Under the pieces are notes generated by a model. It did not search any database and was not told the DNA's origin. It was given only the letters and a program-made list of their open reading frames with translations. Positions 9,627 through 19,133 of a DNA stretch of 64,000 nt are shown in pieces (within the stretch, counting starts at the first letter, position 1; every line of letters begins with the position of its first letter). Position numbers and translations under genes: made by a program. Origin of the DNA: Alphaproteobacteria bacterium (lineage in GTDB: Bacteria; Pseudomonadota; Alphaproteobacteria; JAXMDU01); contig JAXMDU010000004.1 of the NCBI GenBank assembly GCA_046348645.1, forward strand, positions 32,645-96,644, written 5' to 3'.

Positions 9627-11504
9627 TCAGCCGATTCGGAAAATTTCGATCGGGCTGCCGCGCCCGCGCAGCATGAACGTTCCAAGCGAAATCTCGTCGG
9701 TGTCCCGGCCGGCCGCCGTCACCACGCTTCGGGATGCGAGAATGATCCAGTCCTCGCCGTCGCGATGGAAGTTCTTCGCCAGATCTTCGATCCGCTGCGC
9801 CGCATTCACCGTATCGCCAACCACCGTGTAATTGAGCCGCGTTGGCGCGCCGATGTTGCCGACCACGGCCGGCCCCGAATGCAGGCCGATGCGGACGCGA
9901 ATGGGGGCCAGGCCATCACGCCGCCGGCGCCGATTGGCCTCGCCCAGCCTGGCGGTGATCGCAAGCGCCGCGCGCACGGCGCGTTCGCCATGATCGACCA
10001 GGGGTTCAGGCGCCCCCCAGAAGGCCAGCATCGCATCGCCGATGTACTTGTCGACGGTTCCGCCTTCGGCCTCGACGCAGTCCGCCAGCATGGCGAAATG
10101 CTCGTTCAGCAGATCGACCAGATGCCCGGCCGGAAGGTGTTCGGCCATCTTGGTGAAGCCGGTGATGTCGACGAACATGACGGTGATTTCGCGCGTTTCG
10201 GTATGCACGTTCTCGATCGCGCCCCGGCGGACCAGGGTTGCGACCAGGCTGCTTGGCAGATAGCGCATTGCCCCGCGCAGGAAGCCGAGCATGGTGTTGA
10301 AATCGTGGACGGCCGCATCGATTTCGACCACCCCGCTTGCCCGCACCGGCCGGACGCGATCAAGGTCGAGCCGGCGGACCCGGCGGGCGGCCACCGCGAA
10401 GCGCCGAAAGGGCCGCGCCAATCGGCGGCTGATCATCAGCGTCAGCAGCATGGCGAAACCGATCAGGATCCCGCCAACCAGCGCGATCAGGCGAATGCGA
10501 TCGGTCTGGCGTTCGATCTGCGCATAGGGCGCGAAGACCTGGATCGTCCACGCTTCGGGTCCGAAACTCCTGACTTGGCGCTCGCCGATGAAATAGTCCA
10601 TGCCGTCGGCGCGGGTGGAGCGGGAGCGGAACTCCTCACCACCCTCGGCGAAGTCGGGCTGGTCCGCGGCAAGGGCAAGGCTGGTCAGGACCGGATCGTT
10701 GACCTCCCAGGATCGCGCCAGCGGCTTCTGATCGCTTAGCGCTGGCGGCGCAGCAAGAGCCCAGGACTGGGCAACCACTTCGTCGCGGTCACGAACGATG
10801 ACCGCACGCCAGCCAGTCGACGCAAGCTCGCGCTCGAGATACTCGCTCAGGTCGGCGATCGACAGAACCGAGACCAGGGTGCCGAAATTCTGGCCGTTGC
10901 GACCAAGCGGCGTATGGATCGTGAGAAAGGTTCTTTGGACCGATTCGGCAAAGAAGAAATTGCCCCATTGCGGACCGTCACGCCCGGCCACTTCGGCCGC
11001 AATCCGTCGCAGGTTTGAATCCTGTGACCAGTCCGAGCGCCAGATGGCCCCGCTGCTGCGCTGGGCGCGCAGGGCCTTGCCGTTCCAGTCGACGAAGGCA
11101 AGCTGCCGGACCTGCGGTGCGGCTGCCAGCGCCGCGATCAGGGCCGGCCCGAAGACCTGATCCCGGCGCGGATCAAGATCGCCCCGCTTGACCAGGTCGG
11201 CAACATAGGCGGCCTGCACCATGGCGGGATTGAAATGCGAGTGGATCTTGCGCTCGATCTCGTCGACCAGTTGCGAAGCCTCTTCATGGAAGAGTTCGCT
11301 GGTGTTCCGTTCCGCCACCGCAATGCCAAGCGCAAGCGCAAGCGCGCTTGGGGCGACGATCAGGGCGGCGATCCCAAGGACCAGGTGCCGCAACGACAAG
11401 GCCGGCAGCGGCCGCAGGCGCAGGCGGGGCGTATCAAGGTGGGGCGTCGTTACGCCACTGGCGACGGAGACGGATGCCGTCAGCCCGGCCGCATTGTCGA
11501 CCAT
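9627..11504 (-). CDS. membrane-anchored class III adenylate/guanylate cyclase with N-terminal sensor and HAMP-like region
   Basis: Two hydrophobic segments flank a roughly 300-aa extracytoplasmic region; cyclase core VMFVDITGFTKMAE...DKYIGDAMLAFWGAP...RIGLHSGPAVVGNIG. Confidence 0.75.
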   Translation of the reverse strand: MVDNAAGLTASVSVASGVTTPHLDTPRLRLRPLPALSLRHLVLGIAALIVAPSALALALGIAVAERNTSELFHEEASQLVDEIERKIHSHFNPAMVQAAYVADLVKRGDLDPRRDQVFGPALIAALAAAPQVRQLAFVDWNGKALRAQRSSGAIWRSDWSQDSNLRRIAAEVAGRDGPQWGNFFFAESVQRTFLTIHTPLGRNGQNFGTLVSVLSIADLSEYLERELASTGWRAVIVRDRDEVVAQSWALAAPPALSDQKPLARSWEVNDPVLTSLALAADQPDFAEGGEEFRSRSTRADGMDYFIGERQVRSFGPEAWTIQVFAPYAQIERQTDRIRLIALVGGILIGFAMLLTLMISRRLARPFRRFAVAARRVRRLDLDRVRPVRASGVVEIDAAVHDFNTMLGFLRGAMRYLPSSLVATLVRRGAIENVHTETREITVMFVDITGFTKMAEHLPAGHLVDLLNEHFAMLADCVEAEGGTVDKYIGDAMLAFWGAPEPLVDHGERAVRAALAITARLGEANRRRRRDGLAPIRVRIGLHSGPAVVGNIGAPTRLNYTVVGDTVNAAQRIEDLAKNFHRDGEDWIILASRSVVTAAGRDTDEISLGTFMLRGRGSPIEIFRIG

Positions 11505-11645
11505 TGATCGCCTCGAACAACGCCCCGGCCGTCGAGATGGCGGCCAATCGGGTCGGGCAGGCAGACTAGACCAGGAGCCGTGAACCCGAGGTTAACGGAG
11601 GTTAATTGTCACAGCCCCTTCGACCCGGCAAATGATCCAATGGAC

Positions 11646-11709
11646 AGGCCATCTTATAGACAGGCCTATCACAAGATTGGCCCATCACAAGATCGGCCCG
11701 CCATCAGTA
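11646..11709. repeat. 4 tandem 16-bp units (GGCCYATCACAAGATY-like); last unit contains the stop codon of ACAD 11704-12870
   Basis: ggccatcttatagaca / ggcctatcacaagatt / ggcccatcacaagatc / ggcccgccatcagtac read directly. Confidence 0.7.
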
Positions 11710-12870
11710 CGACTTCGGCAGCCCCAGGATCCGCTCGGCGATATAGGACAGCAGAAGCGGCGGCGTCACCGGGCCAATGCGCTGGATCCAGATCTCGCGA
11801 TAATAACGCTCGACGTGGAACTCCTTGGCATAGCCCATACCCCCATAGGCAAAGATCGCCCGCTTGCAGGCCCTGAGACCCGCCTCGGCGCCCAGGAACT
11901 TGGCGGCATTGGCTTCGGCGCCGCAGGGCTTGCCCTGGTCGAACAGGCTGGCGGCCTTGAAGGTCATCAGGTTGGCGGCTTCAAGCTCGCACCAGCTTTC
12001 CGCCAATGGATGCTGGACCGCCTGATTCTTGCCGATCGGCCGGCCGAACACGATCCGCTCGTTCGCATAGGCCGAGATCTTGCGCAGCGCCGCACGGCCG
12101 ATGCCAATCGTCTCGGCCCCGACAATGATGCGTTCCGGGTTGATGCTGTCGAAGATGTAGCGGAGGCCCTTGCCTTCCTCGCCGATCAGGTCCTCTTTCG
12201 GAACCGGCATGCCATCGAAGAAGACCTGATTCGTGTCGACGGCTTCGCGGCCCATTTTCGGGATCACGCGGGCCTCGGCGTAGCGGCGATCGAAGTCCGT
12301 ATAGAACAGGCTGAGACCGTCAGCCGGCCGTTTGCACTTGTCAATTGGCGTGGTGCGGGCCAGCAGAACGATCTTGTTCGCTTCCTGGGCAGTGGTGGTC
12401 CAGATCTTCTGGCCGCTTACCACATAGTTCTTCCCGTTCCATTCCGCCCGGCACTGGGCCCGGGTGGTATCGACGCCGGCATTGGGTTCCGTCACCCCGA
12501 AACAGGCCCGATCCTTGAGGGTAATGAGCCGATTGACCCAGCGTTCGCGCTGGTCTTCGCTGCCATGCAGGATGACGGCCTGCGGGCCGAAAATGTTGAT
12601 GTGAACGGCCGAGCAGCCCGAAAGGCAGGCGCCGGTCTCGGCGATCGTCTGCATCATCAAGGCACCCTCGACGAAGCCAAGGCCCGAGCCGCCGTATCTT
12701 TCCGGCACCACGATGCCAAGCCAGCCCGCATCGGCCAGGGCCTGGCAGAAATCCACCGGAAAACGGGCATCGCGATCGACGGCCAGCCAATAGGCATCGT
12801 CGAAACGCTCGATGGTCTTCAAGACACCGTCGCGGATCGCCAATTGCTCGTCTGTAAACTCGAAATCCAT
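11704..12870 (-). CDS. acyl-CoA dehydrogenase (paralog group ending LGLPKSY)
   Basis: MDFEFTDEQLAIRD start; typical ACAD blocks (GVTEPNAGVDTT, FGRPIGKNQAVQHPLAE, YGGMGYAKEFHVERYYRE). Confidence 0.85.
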   Translation of the reverse strand: MDFEFTDEQLAIRDGVLKTIERFDDAYWLAVDRDARFPVDFCQALADAGWLGIVVPERYGGSGLGFVEGALMMQTIAETGACLSGCSAVHINIFGPQAVILHGSEDQRERWVNRLITLKDRACFGVTEPNAGVDTTRAQCRAEWNGKNYVVSGQKIWTTTAQEANKIVLLARTTPIDKCKRPADGLSLFYTDFDRRYAEARVIPKMGREAVDTNQVFFDGMPVPKEDLIGEEGKGLRYIFDSINPERIIVGAETIGIGRAALRKISAYANERIVFGRPIGKNQAVQHPLAESWCELEAANLMTFKAASLFDQGKPCGAEANAAKFLGAEAGLRACKRAIFAYGGMGYAKEFHVERYYREIWIQRIGPVTPPLLLSYIAERILGLPKSY

Positions 12871-13030
12871 GACCCTTCCCATCCTTTGGCGCGCCGGGCC
12901 TTTGGGCCGGGCAAAGATTGCTCATACGCCGGATACCGCCCAGTGAAAAGGGGGAGGCCGACGTTGTGCGGCCCCCGAAGCCGGCTAGAATGGCAACCCT
13001 TTTTACATTGGAGTCAATCCAGGAGACAGC

Positions 13031-14230
13031 ATGAGCGGGCCCCTTTCCGGTATCCGGGTTATCGATACGTGTTCCGTGTTCTATGGCCCGTTTGCAGCCC
13101 AGATCCTGGGCGATCTGGGCGCCGATGTGATCAAGGTCGAACCCCTGACCGGCGACACCTCGCGCCGGCTGGGGCGCGCCCATCACGACGACATGTCGGC
13201 CCATTTCCTGAATTTCAACCGCAACAAGCGGGCCGTGGCCCTGGACCTGACCCAGGCCGAGGGACGCGCGGTGCTGGCCAGGCTGGTCGAGAAAGCCGAC
13301 GTCTTCATGCTCAATCTCCGGCGCAAGCCGGCCGCGAAGCTTGGCATCGGCTATGCCGATATCGCCCGGGTCAACCCCAGGATCGTTTACTGTGCCTGCA
13401 TCGGCTATGGCCATCGGGGTCGCTACCGGGACCGCCCGGCCTATGACGATCTGATCCAGGGGGTGACCGGCATCGCCGCCCAGCTGGGTCGCCATCTGGG
13501 GACCGACCCGCGCTACGTTCCGACCCCGATTGCCGACAAGACCTCGGCGGTCTATGCGGCGCTTGCGGTTTCCAGCGCGCTGGTGCATCGCGCCAAGACG
13601 GGCGAGGGCCAGGAAATCGAAGTCCCGATGTTCGAGACCCTGACCGCCTATACCATGATCGATTACATCTATGGCCTGACCTTTGTGCCGCCAATCGGCG
13701 GGGCCGGCTACGAGCGCACCATGTCGCCCTACCGGCGGCCCTACAAGACCAAGGATGGCCATATCTGCGCGCTTTGCTACACCGACCGCCACTGGCAGCG
13801 ATTCTTCGTTGGCGTCGAGCGGCCCGATCTGGCCGCCGATTCACGCTTCAAGACGCTCGATCAGCGCACCGCCCATATCGACGAGCTGTATTCGACCTTC
13901 GAAAAAATCCTGGTCGCCCGCACCACCGCTGAATGGTTCGACTTCTTCGAAAAGGCGGACATCCCGGTGGCGCCGCTGCTGCGTGGCGAGGACCTGTTCG
14001 ACGATCCGCATGTCAAGGATGTCGGCCTCTTCAGCCAGGTCGATCACCCGACCGAGGGCCGTGTCTGGCAGATCAACGTGCCGCTCGATTTCGCCAAAAC
14101 CCCGGCCGGCGTCCGGCGGCAGGCGCCGAACTTCGCCGAGCACAGCGTCGAGGTGCTGCGCGAACACGGCTTCGGCGAGGCCGAAATCAACCGCCTGATC
14201 GAGGCGGGCGTGGTGGCGGCAAGGCGCTGA
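13031..14230 (+). CDS. CoA-transferase family III (CaiB/BaiF-type)
   Basis: MSGPLSGIRVIDTCSVFYGPFAAQILGDLGADVIKVE N-terminus; 399 aa. Confidence 0.85.
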   Translation: MSGPLSGIRVIDTCSVFYGPFAAQILGDLGADVIKVEPLTGDTSRRLGRAHHDDMSAHFLNFNRNKRAVALDLTQAEGRAVLARLVEKADVFMLNLRRKPAAKLGIGYADIARVNPRIVYCACIGYGHRGRYRDRPAYDDLIQGVTGIAAQLGRHLGTDPRYVPTPIADKTSAVYAALAVSSALVHRAKTGEGQEIEVPMFETLTAYTMIDYIYGLTFVPPIGGAGYERTMSPYRRPYKTKDGHICALCYTDRHWQRFFVGVERPDLAADSRFKTLDQRTAHIDELYSTFEKILVARTTAEWFDFFEKADIPVAPLLRGEDLFDDPHVKDVGLFSQVDHPTEGRVWQINVPLDFAKTPAGVRRQAPNFAEHSVEVLREHGFGEAEINRLIEAGVVAARR

Positions 14231-14333
14231 CGACCCCGCTGATCAGACGGCTTGATCCCAGAAACGCTTTGATCCCAAAACCGGCAGGGAGCGGCATCAG
14301 GCCGCCCCCTGCCTGTCGGTCCGTTGCGGCCGG

Positions 14334-15122
14334 CTACTTGCGGAAACGGCGGAAATTGGGCTTCCGCTTCTGCATGAAGGCGGACGCGCCTTCGGTCATT
14401 TCTTCACCGCCGGCCAGGCGCAACAGCACCTGCTTGGCGTGCTCCATGGCCGGCGCAAGGCTGTCCCACCAGACATTCGAGCTGATCTTGGAAAGCTCGA
14501 TATAGGCCGGGCTCTTGTCGAGGATTTCCTCAGCCCAGGCTTCGACCTCGTCAAACAGCTTCTTGTGCGGGACCACCTTGTTGATCCAGCCCATGTCGAG
14601 GGCTTCCTGGGCGGTATAGAGCCGGCAGAGATAGACGACCTCGCGCGCCTTTTTCTCGCCCACCGTCAGGGAGAAGAGATTGGTGGCGCCATAGACCGGC
14701 GACGAGCCGATGCGCGGGCCGGTCTGGCCGAACTTCGCGTGCTCGGACGCGATGGCAAGATCGGAGCAGATGACAAGCTCGTTGCCGCCGCCGACTGCGA
14801 AGCCGTTCACCGCCGCGATGATCGGCTGCGGGATGTGACGCATGAGGTTAAGCGTATAGGACGAGCCGCCGAACAGCTTGCGTCCCATGCTGACGTCGAA
14901 ATCGGCGAGATCGGCAAGATAGCCGCCCGCCGAAAAGGCCTTGTCGCCGGCGCCGGTCAGGACCACGACGCCGATCTTGCCATCATTGCCGGCATCGGCA
15001 AGCGCGTCGCCCAGCTCGGTGATCGTTTCGCCGTCGAACGCGTTATGTCGTTCCGGATGATTGATGGTGATCCGGGCGATGTGCCCCTTCTTCTTGTAGA
15101 TGATGTGCTTGAATTTCTGCAT
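14334..15122 (-). CDS. enoyl-CoA hydratase/isomerase (crotonase) family
   Basis: ARITINHPERHNAF...VLTGAGDKAFSAGG...AAVNGFAVGGGNEL; start at internal ATG (MQKFKHII) after AAGGAG. Confidence 0.8.
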   Translation of the reverse strand: MQKFKHIIYKKKGHIARITINHPERHNAFDGETITELGDALADAGNDGKIGVVVLTGAGDKAFSAGGYLADLADFDVSMGRKLFGGSSYTLNLMRHIPQPIIAAVNGFAVGGGNELVICSDLAIASEHAKFGQTGPRIGSSPVYGATNLFSLTVGEKKAREVVYLCRLYTAQEALDMGWINKVVPHKKLFDEVEAWAEEILDKSPAYIELSKISSNVWWDSLAPAMEHAKQVLLRLAGGEEMTEGASAFMQKRKPNFRRFRK

Positions 15123-15176
15123 CACAGACGCTCCTTGTTGTTCTTGCGATCTCGGTCGCCCAGGTTGCCGCACACC

Positions 15177-16313
15177 CTAAAGTGTACGGGAAATGATCTC
15201 TTTCATGATCTCGGATGTACCGCCGGCGATGCGGCCCTGGCGCACATCGACGAAGGCGCGGCCGATCGGATATTCCCACATGAAGCCGGCGCCGCCGTGA
15301 AGCTGCAGGCAATCGTCGATCTTGTCGTTCGCCGTGTCTGCGCTCCAGTACTTGATCATCGCGGCATCGACCGAATCGAGCTTGCCCTGCATCAGCAGCT
15401 CGGTGCAGCGGTCAAGCATGATCCGTGCCAGGATGCAATGCGTCTTGACCTCGGCCAGCTTGAACCGGGTGTTCTGGAACTCGAAGATCGGCCGACCAAA
15501 GGCCGTGCGGCCCTTGGTGAACTCGACCGTCCATTCGAGCGCCGCCTCCATCAGCGCGACGTTGCGGGCCGCCGCGATGATGCGTTCGCGGGTCAACTGT
15601 TCCATCAGATAGGTGAAGCCGCGCCCTTCCTCGCCCAGCAGGTTCGAGACCGGAACACGCACGTCCTGGAAGAACAGCTCCGAGGTGTCCTGGGCCTTGA
15701 AGCCGATCTTCTCGAGATTGCGGCCGCGGACGAACCCCTTGCGGGTCGCTTCGACGACAACCAGGCTGACGCCCTTGCCTTTCGCGGTGGGGTCGGTCTT
15801 GCAGGCGACGATGATGATGTCGGCGCTCTGGCCGTTCGAAATGTAGATCTTCTGCCCGTTGACGACATAGTGGTCGCCATCGCGGATCGCGCGGGTGGTG
15901 ATGTTCTGAAGATCGCTGCCGACCGAAGGCTCGGTCATCGCGATGGCGCCGATATATTCGCCGCTTGCCATCTTTGGCAGCCACGCCTTCTTCTGGGCTT
16001 CGCTTCCATAATGCAGCAGATAGGGCGCGACGATATCTGAATGAAGCGCAAAGCCCGGACCGGTGGCACCGACCCGCGTCAGTTCCTCGATCACGATCAT
16101 GCTGTGGGCGACATCGCCCCCGAGCCCGCCATATTCTTCCGGGATCGAGCAAAGCAGCATGCCGGTCGCGCCGGCCTTGAGCCACACGTCGCGGGGAACA
16201 ACGCCCGACTTTTCCCATTTCGCGTGATGCGGGACCACCTCTTGCTCGACGAAGCGGCGGACGGTCTGGCGAAAGATCTCGTGTTCCTCGCTGAACAACG
16301 TGCGCGGAATCAT
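15177..16313 (-). CDS. acyl-CoA dehydrogenase (second subfamily)
   Basis: AMTEPSVGSDLQNITTRA...GQKIYISNG...FGRPIFEFQNTRFKLAE...GGAGFMWEYPIGRAF. Confidence 0.85.
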   Translation of the reverse strand: MIPRTLFSEEHEIFRQTVRRFVEQEVVPHHAKWEKSGVVPRDVWLKAGATGMLLCSIPEEYGGLGGDVAHSMIVIEELTRVGATGPGFALHSDIVAPYLLHYGSEAQKKAWLPKMASGEYIGAIAMTEPSVGSDLQNITTRAIRDGDHYVVNGQKIYISNGQSADIIIVACKTDPTAKGKGVSLVVVEATRKGFVRGRNLEKIGFKAQDTSELFFQDVRVPVSNLLGEEGRGFTYLMEQLTRERIIAAARNVALMEAALEWTVEFTKGRTAFGRPIFEFQNTRFKLAEVKTHCILARIMLDRCTELLMQGKLDSVDAAMIKYWSADTANDKIDDCLQLHGGAGFMWEYPIGRAFVDVRQGRIAGGTSEIMKEIISRTL

Positions 16314-16410
16314 CCTGTTCTCCTGGCTGGGGCTGACGGGTGGGATCGGAAAGCGATCTTAGATCGCAGCGCCAAGCCTTGTCACCCGGCCTGCCCCGCC
16401 AAGCCGCGGT

Positions 16411-17190
16411 TCAGTCGCCAAGCGCCCCGGCGACAAAGCCGTCGACCAGGCGGGCAAAGGCGGTGGGGGCCTGATAGGGAATGAAATGCGCTGCCTTTTC
16501 CACCACCACGAACGAGGCGTTGGGCAGGGCCTCGAACACCGCCCGGCACGGGCCCGGCCCCCAGCCCCGATCCAAGCGGCCCGCCAGCACCAGGGTCGGG
16601 CAGCCGATGTCTTGCACCAGGGTTGAAATATCGTGATCGATCGACCCCAGCAGAATATTGGCATAGCTCTGGGGATCGTTCTCGGCCACGGCGGCCAGGA
16701 AGGCCCGGTAGCGATCGTCAAGCGGCAGGCCATTGAACGCGACCTCGACCGCCGCCGGCAGAACCGGACCGAGACTCGCCGCCTTGAGGACAAGGCCGGC
16801 CCGCTTGCGGATGACGTCCCCCACCCTGCCATCGGCGACCCGAAGCCCACAGGTGGACAGCACCAGGGCCGGCACGCGGCCCGGATGACGGGCGGCAAAC
16901 GTCGCGGCGACCATGGTCCCCATGGCGCAGCCGACCGGGACGACCTCGGTCACCCCGGCCGCGTCCAGAACCGCTTCGAGATCGGCCAGCTCGCGCTCGA
17001 GCGTCTGCGGCTCGGTCGCCCGGGGCGAACGCCCGGCGCCGCGGCGATCATAGACAACGATGCGGTAGCGTTCGCCCAGCAGCGCCACGGCATCGCGCCA
17101 CATGCGGCCATCGCTGCCAAGACCGTGCAGAAGGACCAGGGTCCGCCCCCGTGCATTGCCGAGAATCTGATAATGAAGATCGGTCGTCAT
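16411..17190 (-). CDS. alpha/beta-fold hydrolase
   Basis: LVLLHGLGSDGRMW, nucleophile elbow GCAMG; start at internal ATG (MTTDLHYQ). Confidence 0.7.
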   Translation of the reverse strand: MTTDLHYQILGNARGRTLVLLHGLGSDGRMWRDAVALLGERYRIVVYDRRGAGRSPRATEPQTLERELADLEAVLDAAGVTEVVPVGCAMGTMVAATFAARHPGRVPALVLSTCGLRVADGRVGDVIRKRAGLVLKAASLGPVLPAAVEVAFNGLPLDDRYRAFLAAVAENDPQSYANILLGSIDHDISTLVQDIGCPTLVLAGRLDRGWGPGPCRAVFEALPNASFVVVEKAAHFIPYQAPTAFARLVDGFVAGALGD

Positions 17191-17256
17191 GGCTCGACCA
17201 GAGTGGACCATGCCAGCAGTGGAACATGAAGGACGGCCATGCTAGGAGATTCTCCC

Positions 17257-18204
17257 ATGCAAGCGAAGCCCAATGTCCTTGTGGTCGTGAAGCCGCCCGA
17301 CAATGTCGTCGCCCGGCTCGAGCGTGATTTCACCCTGCTCAAGCTGTGGGAGCTGGGCAGCGACGAAACCGCCGCGCTGCGCCGCGTGGCCGATCGGGTC
17401 CAGGTGCTGTTCACCTTCAATCGCTATCTCACACCGGACTTTCTTGATCCCTTGCCGAATCTCAAGCTGATCTGCTGCTTCGGGGCCGGCTTCGATCGAG
17501 TGCCGATGGACTATTGCCGTCAGCGCGGCATCCGGGCGACGAATGGTCCCGACACCAACGCCGGCTGCGTTGCCGACGCGGCGATGGGACTTTTGCTTGC
17601 GACCCAGCGGCGGATTGCCGCCGGCGACCGCTTCCTGCGCCGCGGCGGCTGGCTCAAGCAGCGGCTCTATGACACGACCTCGCGCTTCTACGGGCGGCGC
17701 CTGGGCCTTTTGGGTTTCGGTTACATCAATGCCGCGGTGGCCAAGCGGGCCCGGGGCTTCGATCTCGAAATCGCCTACTGTACCCGCAACCGCCGCCCTG
17801 ACGTTGCCTATCGCTGGGAGCCCGATCTTATCGCCCTGGCCAGGTGGGCCGATTACCTGGTCGCTGCCATCCCGCTTGACGCGACGACCCGACACATCAT
17901 CAATCGTCCAGTAATCGAGGCGCTGGGCCCGAAGGGCATGTTCGTCAACGTTTCGCGCGGGCCGATTGTCGATCAGCCGGAATCATCGGCGGCCCTGCAG
18001 GACGGGCGCCGAGCAGCGCGGGGCTCGACGTGTTCGACGGCGAACTCCCATGTGCCGGCCGAGCTGATGGCGCTCGACAACGTGGTGCTGACCCCGCATG
18101 TGGGCGGCATGACCCATGAAAGCTTTGCCGACGGGGCCGAACTGCTGGCCCGCAACATCACGGCTTTCTATGCCGGTCGGCCGCTGATCACGCCGCTGCT
18201 GTGA
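17257..18204 (+). CDS. D-isomer-specific 2-hydroxyacid dehydrogenase family; internal compensating frameshift pair
   Basis: GLLGFGYINAAVAKRA NAD motif and C-terminal VVLTPHVGGMT; between about 18001 and 18056 the ORF reads RRAARGSTCSTANS while the expected AGLDVFDGE is in another frame. Confidence 0.65.
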   Translation: MQAKPNVLVVVKPPDNVVARLERDFTLLKLWELGSDETAALRRVADRVQVLFTFNRYLTPDFLDPLPNLKLICCFGAGFDRVPMDYCRQRGIRATNGPDTNAGCVADAAMGLLLATQRRIAAGDRFLRRGGWLKQRLYDTTSRFYGRRLGLLGFGYINAAVAKRARGFDLEIAYCTRNRRPDVAYRWEPDLIALARWADYLVAAIPLDATTRHIINRPVIEALGPKGMFVNVSRGPIVDQPESSAALQDGRRAARGSTCSTANSHVPAELMALDNVVLTPHVGGMTHESFADGAELLARNITAFYAGRPLITPLL

Positions 18205-19113
18205 TCAGCCGTCCTTGGGGCCAAGCTCGACGCCATTGAGCTTGCCCAACGCCTTGGCCAGCGATGCGGCCAGGTCATTGCCATAGCCCATCGAATCCGC
18301 CAGCGCATAGGCCTGGTGGATCGCCTGCGCCATGAACACCGGCGCCGTGATGCTTTCCGCCATGCGCGTGTAGCACCGAATGTCCTTTTTCGCGAGGGCA
18401 AGCTGGAAGATCTGCTGGCTTGGGCCCTTGCCAGTGATCCACGGCATGATGCGATCGAAGGTTGAACTCTGGGCGCCGCCCTGGGGAATGATCTTGTGGA
18501 CCATATCGAGGTCGATGCCGGCCTTGGCCGCCACCGCCATCGTTTCACAGACCAGCGCGCCGATCCCGAGGGCAAGGAAGTTATTCACCATCTTGAACCG
18601 ATGCGCCGTCCCCACCGCGCCGATATGGAAAATCGTTTCGGTGAAGGTCGAAAGAACAGGCGTGATGCGCTTCAGCATTGCCGCGTCGGTGCCGACAAAG
18701 ATGTTGAGCGTGCCGGCCTCGGCATGGGTCGGGTTGCGCTGCAGGGGGGCATCGACATAGTGGATGCCGCGCGCCTTCAGCGCCTCGATGGTCCGGCCGA
18801 TCTCGTTTGGATCGACGGTGGTCGAATCGATGACGATCAGGCCGGGCTTCGCCCCCTCGACGATGCCGCCCGGGCCCAGGCAATGACGCTCGACCTCGAC
18901 CTGCGACGGCAGGCACAGGAAGACGATGTCGGATTGGCCGGCGATCTCGGCCGCCGATCGGCCCTCGGTCGCCCCCCGGGACACAAGATCGTCGATCGGC
19001 TTCCTGTTGCGGTGTCCCATGACCATCAGGGGATAGCCCTTCATGACGATGTTCTTCGCCATGCCGTGCCCCATCAGCCCGGCCCCCAAGAATCCAATCC
19101 GTTCCTTCGCCAT
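18205..19113 (-). CDS. NAD-binding 3-hydroxyisobutyrate dehydrogenase-like (6-phosphogluconate DH N-terminal domain family)
   Basis: Start MAKERIGFLGAGLMGHGMAKN after AAGGAAG; the longer ORF 18205-19479 N-extension looks spurious. Confidence 0.75.
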   Translation of the reverse strand: MAKERIGFLGAGLMGHGMAKNIVMKGYPLMVMGHRNRKPIDDLVSRGATEGRSAAEIAGQSDIVFLCLPSQVEVERHCLGPGGIVEGAKPGLIVIDSTTVDPNEIGRTIEALKARGIHYVDAPLQRNPTHAEAGTLNIFVGTDAAMLKRITPVLSTFTETIFHIGAVGTAHRFKMVNNFLALGIGALVCETMAVAAKAGIDLDMVHKIIPQGGAQSSTFDRIMPWITGKGPSQQIFQLALAKKDIRCYTRMAESITAPVFMAQAIHQAYALADSMGYGNDLAASLAKALGKLNGVELGPKDG

Positions 19114-19133
19114 GGTCGCTTCCTTTTGTCCTT

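Noticed and set aside
11632-13446. Long antisense ORFs (for example 11632-13446 +, 14439-16040 +, 24211-25863 +, 32536-34662 +, 36813-38345 +, 42012-43475 -, 29799-31304 -)
   Set aside because: They overlap well-supported genes on the opposite strand, have Arg/Ala/Gly-rich low-complexity translations typical of high-GC noise, and lack recognisable motifs.
16340-16360. Palindrome GCGATCTTAGATCGC between the ACAD and hydrolase genes
   Set aside because: Short and isolated, no T-run, no second copy; insufficient to call a regulatory site.
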